Assembly: GCA_016840035.1 (NCBI GenBank)
Contig: JAEOTC010000059.1
Coordinates: forward strand, 1-15,213
Source: Candidatus Hodarchaeota archaeon
GTDB lineage: Archaea > Asgardarchaeota > Heimdallarchaeia > Hodarchaeales > Hodarchaeaceae
Reading direction: 5' to 3'
Length of the DNA stretch: 15,213 bases
A program made the position numbers and the translations under genes. Shown here in pieces: positions 1 to 7,227 of this stretch. Position 1 is the stretch's first letter. Each line of letters opens with the position of its first letter. A model generated the notes under the pieces. That model was not told the DNA's origin. It made no database searches and worked only from the letters and a program-made list of their open reading frames with translations.

Positions 1-1
1 T

Positions 2-55
2 GATTGGCTTCAAACAAGCGGTTTGGGGGATTTACTTAAAAAATCAGAAGAATAA
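2..55 (+). CDS. 3' end of an upstream CDS, partial (…DWLQTSGLGDLLKKSEE*)
   Basis: Frame 2 is open from the window edge to TAA at 53-55 with protein-like codons. Too short to identify. Confidence 0.5.
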   Translation, partial: DWLQTSGLGDLLKKSEE

Positions 56-75
56 TTAGTATTATACTAATTATT
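51..75. repeat. Perfect 12-bp inverted repeat with 1-nt spacer (possible operator or terminator-associated element)
   Basis: AATAATTAGTAT (51-62), T, ATACTAATTATT (64-75). The arms are exact reverse complements. Confidence 0.7.
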
Positions 76-155
76 GACAAGTCCCGAATGGGGAAAAAAC
101 AAATATATCACACCTTAAGGTTTCTCACTGAAGAAAGTAATTTGGAGAATTCCGC

Positions 156-1004
156 ATGCATTTCATGTTATATCCCCCTATTTCAGTTCAAGGTTCCGTA
201 ACAAGGGAACTAAAGTTGCAAGGTATTGAAACACTTAAATCATTTACTGTGACTCCAGAAAAGATTAGCTTCACTATCAATCGTGAGGGATCTGAACAAA
301 CAATTGAAATAATTACTTTCAATTCTCCCGTTAATGATGTTAACTTCCGTATCAGTCCTGATGATGATTACCCGCTCGAATTAATGCCGATGGTTACAGT
401 AGAGTTCTTTGAAGGACTAGCACAGTTAATTGAAGGTTATACACTCATAACGGAAGTTGCTCCTGAAACTGGTTATCTTGAAGTATTCCGAGGGGATGTG
501 TACCCAATTTCTATTAGAAGAGCGGATAAAAATCTTTACGCCACTACTGCGGAATTACGTCCCTTGCGAAAAGATTACTTTGTTGCTCTCAATAATTTTC
601 TGCAAATCGATTTTGAAGAACAGCTTGAAACTTCACTAGCTACTTTTGTTGAGAATGTTCTAAATCCCATGACTACTACAATGAAGGAAGTCTTCGAATT
701 AGAAGAGAAAAAAGAACGTGAAGGGTCAGTTGTAACTGTAATCAAAGACGACTTTCATAGCTTAATTTCCCGAACGGAAGAATTAATTAGTATTGTTGAT
801 TATAACATGGATCAAACTGCTGAGCGGAATAAAGCATTTCTTCGTCTGAGTTTGCCCGTTATGCTGAAACAAGCGATTTTAGATAATATAGTTGAATATG
901 TGAAGTTTAATAATGCTGCTAATTCCATCTCATTATCAATCGAAAGTCGAAAAGAAGTTGATGCAGAGAGCCTAGCAGATTTAATTACAAAATTCTTCCA
1001 TTAA
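156..1004 (+). CDS. Hypothetical protein, 282 aa, acidic and soluble
   Basis: Long ORF with GGAGA at 144-148, 7 nt before the ATG. No family motif recognised with confidence. Confidence 0.8.
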   Translation: MHFMLYPPISVQGSVTRELKLQGIETLKSFTVTPEKISFTINREGSEQTIEIITFNSPVNDVNFRISPDDDYPLELMPMVTVEFFEGLAQLIEGYTLITEVAPETGYLEVFRGDVYPISIRRADKNLYATTAELRPLRKDYFVALNNFLQIDFEEQLETSLATFVENVLNPMTTTMKEVFELEEKKEREGSVVTVIKDDFHSLISRTEELISIVDYNMDQTAERNKAFLRLSLPVMLKQAILDNIVEYVKFNNAANSISLSIESRKEVDAESLADLITKFFH

Positions 1005-1025
1005 ATTATTTTTCTTCATCTTTTT

Positions 1026-1031
1026 AGGTGA
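1026..1031 (+). promoter_or_regulatory. Shine-Dalgarno site AGGTGA for adenine deaminase
   Basis: AGGTGA lies 5 nt before the TTG at 1037. GGTGA is the typical archaeal SD core. Confidence 0.7.
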
Positions 1032-1036
1032 TTTAA

Positions 1037-2821
1037 TTGGATATTTCATTCCTTAAAGAGTTAATTTCATGCGCAAGAGGGGAAATTCCCGCGGATATTC
1101 ATATTTTGAATGGTACACTTATCAACGTTATCACAAGGGAAACTTATCTTGCAGATATTTCGATTTATAAGAATCGAATAGCTAACGTTGCCAAACCAGG
1201 AGTTCTCGATCCACAATACTGTAAGAAGGTTATTGATGCGCGAGACAAATATATTTCACCAGGATTTATTGAATCTCATTTACATATTGAGAGCACTATG
1301 CTCCCTCCATCAGAATTTGCTAAATTAGTTGTTCCTCAGGGAACAACAACGGTAATTATGGATCCTCATGAAATTGGGAACGCATTAGGAGAAAAAGGCT
1401 TAAAATTATTATTAGATCTTGCAGAAAATCAACCTCTACGATTGTTAATCGAAATTCCCTCTTGTGTACCCGCAGCTCCAGGACTTGAAACAACTCCTTT
1501 CACAATTGATGATGAAACAGTACGAACTTTAATTCAGGATGAACCCCGTTTCTATGGATTAGGAGAAGTAATGAATTACCCGGGAGTCTTATTCAAGAAC
1601 GAAAGTGTTTTGAATAAAGTTCTCCTAGGGAAGCAACTTTCAGTAATTGATGGGCATAGCCCTGGGGTCTCAGGAAGAGACCTAGATGCCTATATTGCAA
1701 CTGGTATTAAATCCGATCATGAAAGTACAACAGGAGAAGAATTACTGGAGAAATTGAGGAAGGGCATGATAGCAATGGCGCGAGAGGGTTCTTTCGCTAA
1801 GGATCTTCATAATGTTCTGAAATTACTTAAAGACAAAGATCTTGATTTACGAAATTGTACTCTTTGTTCTGATGATAGAAATGTCATAGATCTAGTATCA
1901 AACGGTCACATGAACGCTCATGTAAGAATGGCTATTTCTGAGGGCATAGATGCGTTGACTGCAATACAAATGGTAACAATTAATGCAGCCACATACCTTA
2001 ATCTTCATAATGAGATCGGTTCAATTTCTCCTGGTAAGAAGGCCGATATCGTGTTACTGGATGATTTGAAAGAAATCAAGGTATCGTCTGTTATTTTCAA
2101 TGGAGAGGAGGTTTACACAAATAACCAACTATCATGGGAATTTGCGGATTCTACCATCCCTGATTGGGCACAAGATACAATAATTCTTCCTTCTTCTATT
2201 TCTGCGGGGGAGTTAAAAGCGAAAACATCTCTAAGAGATGGTAATTACCCCGTTAAGGTAATTGGTGTTATTCCTAATTCACTTCTAACTGATTTAAGGC
2301 AATTTAACTTAGAAGTAAGAAATGGTTGGATCCGTCCGAATCCGGAGGAGGATATTTTATCCATTTCAGTTATTGAACGATATGGAGTAAACGGAAATAT
2401 CTCAAATGCATTTATTCATGGATTTAAAATTACTGCAGAAAGGTTTGCTATGGCAACCACCGTTGCTCACGATAGTCATAACATGTTAGTAGCAGGTACA
2501 GACCATGAAACCATGGTTCAAGCTGTTAAACTTCTACAAGATATCAAAGGAGGGTATGTAGTCATTGCTGATGATAAGATTGGTAAAGTTCCACTGCCTT
2601 TTGCTGGATTAATGAGTATTCAATCATATCAAACCTTACTTCATGAATTAGAGGAAATAAACAGACTCTTTCATGATGGAGTATCAACTTTTAACGAACC
2701 ATTAATGGCTTTATCATTCATGGCACTACCAGTTATTCCACATTTAAAAATTACCGATAAGGGCCTTGTTGATGTAGATAAATTTGCATTCACGGAACTT
2801 ATTGCCGACACAAATCAATAG
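1037..2821 (+). CDS. ade: Adenine deaminase (AdeC, amidohydrolase superfamily)
   Basis: Motifs PGFIESHLHIESTM (HxH), DPHEIGN, EVMNYPGV, DGHSPG, SDHE, REGS, SDDR, GSISPGKKADIV, AHDSHN and LSFMALPVIPHLKITDKGL. Length of 594 aa is typical. Confidence 0.95.
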   Translation: MDISFLKELISCARGEIPADIHILNGTLINVITRETYLADISIYKNRIANVAKPGVLDPQYCKKVIDARDKYISPGFIESHLHIESTMLPPSEFAKLVVPQGTTTVIMDPHEIGNALGEKGLKLLLDLAENQPLRLLIEIPSCVPAAPGLETTPFTIDDETVRTLIQDEPRFYGLGEVMNYPGVLFKNESVLNKVLLGKQLSVIDGHSPGVSGRDLDAYIATGIKSDHESTTGEELLEKLRKGMIAMAREGSFAKDLHNVLKLLKDKDLDLRNCTLCSDDRNVIDLVSNGHMNAHVRMAISEGIDALTAIQMVTINAATYLNLHNEIGSISPGKKADIVLLDDLKEIKVSSVIFNGEEVYTNNQLSWEFADSTIPDWAQDTIILPSSISAGELKAKTSLRDGNYPVKVIGVIPNSLLTDLRQFNLEVRNGWIRPNPEEDILSISVIERYGVNGNISNAFIHGFKITAERFAMATTVAHDSHNMLVAGTDHETMVQAVKLLQDIKGGYVVIADDKIGKVPLPFAGLMSIQSYQTLLHELEEINRLFHDGVSTFNEPLMALSFMALPVIPHLKITDKGLVDVDKFAFTELIADTNQ

Positions 2822-2835
2822 GATGTATCAAATAT

Positions 2836-3213
2836 ATGGAAATTAAAGAGTATTGTATTTACTCCCTTGATTTCGCCTATACACGGATTTCTTCTCATAA
2901 TAATGTTGAAATAGATTTTAGAGGTATTTTAAGCTACCACACAAAGGATCTGGAATTATTCGCTCGTGTGACAAATGGTATCTTGGATCTGGACTCTGTG
3001 AACGTTTTTCTCTACTTCCAAGTTCAGCGTCATATAGATTTAATCCTTAAAGATATAAAAGAAGAAGAGATCGTAAATCAACGGCCCATTATAGTGAATC
3101 GTATAAAAATGGTAATAAGAAGGGAGTTAGAAGATATTGGCCTTGAATTCGTAAACTTCAAACAAATTTCCTTATGGAGTCATGGAGCTACCTCGAGAGG
3201 AATAGCGGCATAA
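2836..3213 (+). CDS. Stand-alone SPFH/band-7-like core domain protein, 125 aa
   Basis: SHNNVEIDFRGILSYHTKD…QVQRHIDLILKDIKEEEIVNQRPIIVNRIKMVIRRELEDIGLEFVNFKQISL follows the SPFH core pattern (TkDnv.v.v…y.v.D…lr.iig…leei…R..i…i…l…l…Gi.i..v.i). No TM segment or coiled-coil tail. Confidence 0.6.
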   Translation: MEIKEYCIYSLDFAYTRISSHNNVEIDFRGILSYHTKDLELFARVTNGILDLDSVNVFLYFQVQRHIDLILKDIKEEEIVNQRPIIVNRIKMVIRRELEDIGLEFVNFKQISLWSHGATSRGIAA

Positions 3214-3223
3214 TATCATTTTA

Positions 3224-4186
3224 CTAGTGATTTATCTCTTTCTTGATCGTTCGTACTTCAAACGCTCTCAGTTGAACCTGTTCTACACTTGGAGAATATT
3301 TATGATGCCCCTGTGATTCCACATAATATGAAGCGAGTGAGGCAGCTAATTTTGCGGTTTCCTCAATGGGATTCTTATTTGATACTCCATAAATTAATCC
3401 TGCGTAAAATGCATCTTGCCAACCATTGACAGTAATTTCATCAGTGATAGGTCCATCAGTGACCTTAATCTTTTGGTTTTTTGAGTAAACTACTACTTTC
3501 GACCGTGATTCCATTGAAATTATATATTTGAGTCTGGGAAATTTGATTAGGAAATCAGAACGAGATTCTTTAGCCTTTTTTTCAAGTATTTGCAGCTCTT
3601 CCTCATTGCAGACAAAGATTGACACTGTTTCTAGAAGTTGAGAGAATCTCCATTGAGAGATTTCCCTTATATTCCCATCAGGGGAATAAACAATGGGTAT
3701 GTTCTTGTTTGTGTCATGGATGAAATTAAGAAACTTTACATCAGCTTCAACTTTGCCAGTTCCAACAAATACAACCTTTAATTTTTCCAATACTTCAGTT
3801 GGGAATATATTTTCCAATGAATACTCTGCAAGATAATTATAGCAGTTATCCTGTTGTAGGGCTATGTAATTATCATTATTATCAGTTAAATGAAAATTAC
3901 AGGCAGTTTCTCTTTCCTCATCATGAAACAATTTTAATTTCACCCCTAACTGTTCAAAATAGGGTTTTAAGTTCCATTCAAAATCTTTACCAACAATTGA
4001 AGTAAGAACAGGGGAACTACCAAGTACAGTTAACCCATAAACAATATTAGAAGCCATTCCATCATATTCTCTATACGCATTTCCAGCTTGATGTACATCC
4101 GATTCAGTAAGGGCTGAAAAATCTGTCAAAACTCTAAAATGTAATTTATTTGCCACTTTTCCGATTACTAAAATTTCAGAATTCAT
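3224..4186 (-). CDS. PfkB/ribokinase-fold protein (nucleoside-kinase-like) with degenerate catalytic motifs
   Basis: GMASNIVYGLTVLG, SIVGKDF, CNEEE and DAFYAGLIYG…AKLAASLAS match the PfkB layout. The canonical DTTGAGD reads TVNGWQD. Confidence 0.8.
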   Translation of the reverse strand: MNSEILVIGKVANKLHFRVLTDFSALTESDVHQAGNAYREYDGMASNIVYGLTVLGSSPVLTSIVGKDFEWNLKPYFEQLGVKLKLFHDEERETACNFHLTDNNDNYIALQQDNCYNYLAEYSLENIFPTEVLEKLKVVFVGTGKVEADVKFLNFIHDTNKNIPIVYSPDGNIREISQWRFSQLLETVSIFVCNEEELQILEKKAKESRSDFLIKFPRLKYIISMESRSKVVVYSKNQKIKVTDGPITDEITVNGWQDAFYAGLIYGVSNKNPIEETAKLAASLASYYVESQGHHKYSPSVEQVQLRAFEVRTIKKEINH

Positions 4187-4226
4187 TTTTCTTGTTCACG
4201 TCATTCCTATTTCTGAAAGCTGAATA

Positions 4227-5117
4227 TTAGCTTGATCTAACAAGAATACTCGCATATCCGACCGTGTACCCTCCTCCTGGTCTGATATCAGTACTATTTG
4301 CATATTTTAAAACTTCTACTGAAGGTGTTCCAAGTTCCTTTGCAGTTTGAATAAGTGTGAAAATTGGTGCATACCCACACATTGTCATCCTAATCTTTTG
4401 TCTAAACTTGTCGGCCTCATCAATATTCATAGATTCTAAATAGGAAAGCATCGTTTTATCATTTTTGACAACAAGTTCATAATTATGTTCGTGTGAGAAG
4501 TCGCTACTTGAAACTATCAATACTCGTTTTTCTGAGTGAGATTTAATATACTCTACCAAAAATGTTGAAAGAGTAGACACGGTGGGGTTGTAGGACTGAT
4601 CCCCAATGCAAATTGGGACAATCTTAAACTTATCCTGATACAGATATTGGAGGAATGGTAATTGGATGTCTATTGAGTGTTCATTTACATGAGCAAGTCG
4701 CTCAAATCCTATTCGATTCTGAAGTGGTCCGAAATCATATGTTTTTGCATAATTCACAAATTCGGTATCAATTCTGACCTGCCCTAGTGGATTTTGCCAA
4801 TGTCCCTCAGGATAGATTGAAATAGGTGCCCCCATGCCCTGGTGATTTGGCCCCAATATCACGACTGTATCAAGATTTTCTAGGCGTTTAAATACTTCAG
4901 CGAATCCATGAGAAGCGATAGGGCCACTATAAACGTATCCCGCATGAGGAGAGACAATTCCTAATAGATTCGGGTCAAAATCTCTATTTTCTGGATTCTC
5001 AAGGGGATCCTCGCCATATCCCCACTGTTTATCAAGAAACATATTATGTATCTGTTTTCTTAAGCCTTTTTCGGTACCTTCATACCAACTACCTGCATGT
5101 CGACTTTGTCGATTCAA
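4227..5117 (-). CDS. amrB: MEMO1 family / AmmeMemoRadiSam system protein B
   Basis: Motifs RHAGSWY, SPHAGYVYSG, ILGPNH, EHSIDIQLPFLQ, SSDFSH, TMCGYAP and VGYAS. TTG start. Confidence 0.93.
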   Translation of the reverse strand: MNRQSRHAGSWYEGTEKGLRKQIHNMFLDKQWGYGEDPLENPENRDFDPNLLGIVSPHAGYVYSGPIASHGFAEVFKRLENLDTVVILGPNHQGMGAPISIYPEGHWQNPLGQVRIDTEFVNYAKTYDFGPLQNRIGFERLAHVNEHSIDIQLPFLQYLYQDKFKIVPICIGDQSYNPTVSTLSTFLVEYIKSHSEKRVLIVSSSDFSHEHNYELVVKNDKTMLSYLESMNIDEADKFRQKIRMTMCGYAPIFTLIQTAKELGTPSVEVLKYANSTDIRPGGGYTVGYASILVRSS

Positions 5118-5142
5118 TTTTCATCCCTACTAATTGTTAAGT

Positions 5143-5640
5143 CTAGGTTCCTAATTTCTTCATAATTCTAAAATGCTTTCCTCTTTGGACACCATACTTC
5201 TCTAATATATTCTTATTTTTGTCTTTGATTGTAAAATCTCCAGTATCTTTTCTAAGATAACCGACATAAATCTTCTCTTTTCTGATTTCAAACCATAAAT
5301 GGACGAAATTTTCAAATTGAGGATCTTCTGATTTATTAATAGTAAATTTACCCAACTTTTTTCCCTCACCTGTGATTTGAAGAGCATATTCTTCTTTTGC
5401 ATCGCGTTTTACGGATTTTTTTACCCCTGGAGTAACAGATATATTACGCAATCTCTTTTCCTCTGCATCTAGATAGGAGATTGCAAGTTGAGTTGCTTCT
5501 TCTATTGCTTCTTGAGTTGAAGTAGGGTCCGTAACATTTAGTTCAAATTCAATGAATATTTCTTCTGGTTCAAATTGACGCACTTGAATTTTCCTACTCC
5601 GCCCCACGCGTTTTGGCACAACCTGCCATTTATCTTTCAT
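5143..5640 (-). CDS. Hypothetical protein, about 165 aa (start moved to ATG at 5640)
   Basis: The GTG start at 5649 in the ORF track lies inside an AGGTGA SD (5651-5646), which sits 5 nt before the in-frame ATG at 5640 (MKDKW…). No family recognised. Confidence 0.75.
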   Translation of the reverse strand: MKDKWQVVPKRVGRSRKIQVRQFEPEEIFIEFELNVTDPTSTQEAIEEATQLAISYLDAEEKRLRNISVTPGVKKSVKRDAKEEYALQITGEGKKLGKFTINKSEDPQFENFVHLWFEIRKEKIYVGYLRKDTGDFTIKDKNKNILEKYGVQRGKHFRIMKKLGT

Positions 5641-5673
5641 AACTATCACCTTTTGTTTTACTTCGAAAGAAAG

Positions 5674-5692
5674 AATATAAGAAATCTTTCTG
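5674..5692 (-). promoter_or_regulatory. Candidate archaeal BRE/TATA promoter for the 5640 gene and downstream amrB and pfkB-like genes
   Basis: The minus strand reads CAGAAAGATTTCTTATATT about 25 nt upstream of the SD. The AT-rich background weakens the signal. Confidence 0.3.
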
Positions 5693-5790
5693 TTAATAAG
5701 AACTCAAAATAATTCTTAAAGCCAAAAATTTTTCGAGGACTCGAATTATTTCTGAATAATTTCCATAAAACCATCATTACGAAAACTTTA

Positions 5791-7212
5791 TTACTCAGAT
5801 GATTGTTTGAGATCCTTCTCAAGTATCATTTCATGAATGGCTTTTGCTGCTTTTCGACCTGCTTCCATGGCTAAAATTACAGTTGCTGCACCCGTTGCTA
5901 CGTCTCCTCCACAGAAAATTCTTTCACGAGTTGTTGCTCCTGTTGCTTCATCATGCACAAATGTGCCCCACTTTGTAATTTCCAATCCATCAGTTGTTTG
6001 AGCAATTAATTGATTTGGACGTTGACCTATGGCGATAATAACCGTATCCACAGGAAAAATGAATTCTGTTTCAGGGATAGGTATTGGTCTTCTACGTCCT
6101 GATGCATCCTTTTCTCCTAAATCCATCTTCATACATTTAAGACCGACTACGTTCCCTTTGTTATCTCCAATAATTTCTAGAGGAGAGGTTAGTTCTCCTA
6201 TTACGACACCTTCTTCTTTGGCATGAATGATTTCTTCAAGACGTGCTGGGATTTCTCCTTCTGATCTCCTATATATAATATCCACCTCACGCGCACCCAA
6301 TCGTAGAGAGGTTCTAGCACAATCCATTGCAACATTTCCTGCTCCAATGACTGCAACTTTTTCTCCAATTGTAACAGGTGTATCGTAGTCTGGGAACTGA
6401 TATCCTTTTAATAAATTCACCCTAGTAAGAAATTCGTTTGCTGAAAAAACTCCATTAAAGTTTTCTCCAGGTATCCCTAGAAAATTAGGTGTTCCCGCTC
6501 CCGAGGCAACATAGACTGCATTATTATTGTAATCTCCCAAAAGCTCATTGATTGTAATAGTTCTCCCAATAAGTACATCTTTTTCAAACTTTACGCCTAA
6601 AGCCATAACAGATTCTATTTCTTCATTTACTATGGCTTTTGGCATTCTGAATTCAGGAATTCCATATGTTAGAACTCCACCATATTCGTGTAATGCTTCA
6701 TACACAGTTACTTGATGACCCAATACTGCTAATTCCGCAGCACAGGTCAATCCTGAAGGTCCAGCTCCGACAACAGCCACTTTAGATCCGAGATCTTTAG
6801 AAATATTTCTATCACCACTCTGACCCTGATCAGCAACATAGCGTTCCAGATTACCGATGGAAATAGCATTGGGATGTATACAAAATTCTTGGCATTGATT
6901 TTCTTGAGGACAAACTCGACCAGTGATTGCTGGAAGGCTATTGGTGCATAAAATGATGTCCTTTGCCCCGTTGATATCATTTTCAATGACTTTTTCTATA
7001 AATTCGGGAATCTGAACATTAACAGGACAACCTTTCACGCACCGTGGTTTTTTACATTTTAAACAGCGAGAGGCTTCTTCTAAAGCTTCTTCGGGAGTAT
7101 ATCCTAACGCAACTTCATTAAAATTGCGAATTCGTTCACGGGATTCTTGAATATCCATGTGTGTGCGTTTTTTCTTAAGTTTCTGCTTTCTTTTCTCTCG
7201 TTCATCGCTCAT
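5791..7212 (-). CDS. nfnB: NfnB/SudA-type large subunit of NADH-dependent ferredoxin:NADP+ oxidoreductase (GltD-like), copy 1
   Basis: Fe-S motifs RCLKCKKPRCVKGCPV and GRVCPQENQCQEFC; also LERYVAD, FAD motif VVGAGPSG, YGIPEFR, GAGNVAMD, YRRS (NADP) and GGDVATGAATVILAM. Lies 15 nt downstream of an nfnA-type gene. Confidence 0.9.
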   Translation of the reverse strand: MSDEREKRKQKLKKKRTHMDIQESRERIRNFNEVALGYTPEEALEEASRCLKCKKPRCVKGCPVNVQIPEFIEKVIENDINGAKDIILCTNSLPAITGRVCPQENQCQEFCIHPNAISIGNLERYVADQGQSGDRNISKDLGSKVAVVGAGPSGLTCAAELAVLGHQVTVYEALHEYGGVLTYGIPEFRMPKAIVNEEIESVMALGVKFEKDVLIGRTITINELLGDYNNNAVYVASGAGTPNFLGIPGENFNGVFSANEFLTRVNLLKGYQFPDYDTPVTIGEKVAVIGAGNVAMDCARTSLRLGAREVDIIYRRSEGEIPARLEEIIHAKEEGVVIGELTSPLEIIGDNKGNVVGLKCMKMDLGEKDASGRRRPIPIPETEFIFPVDTVIIAIGQRPNQLIAQTTDGLEITKWGTFVHDEATGATTRERIFCGGDVATGAATVILAMEAGRKAAKAIHEMILEKDLKQSSE

Positions 7213-7227
7213 AATGTTCCAGACTCC

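Noticed and set aside
5744-5761. AATTATT-TCTG-AATAATT hairpin after nfnB-1 as a terminator or as a relative of the 51-75 palindrome
   Set aside because: It is a 7-bp all-AT stem, and AATTATT recurs often in this AT-rich window.
7160-7212. Basic N-terminus of NfnB-1 (EKRKQKLKKKR) as an NLS-like or targeting signal
   Set aside because: Lys/Arg-rich termini are common in AT-rich genomes, and there is no further support.
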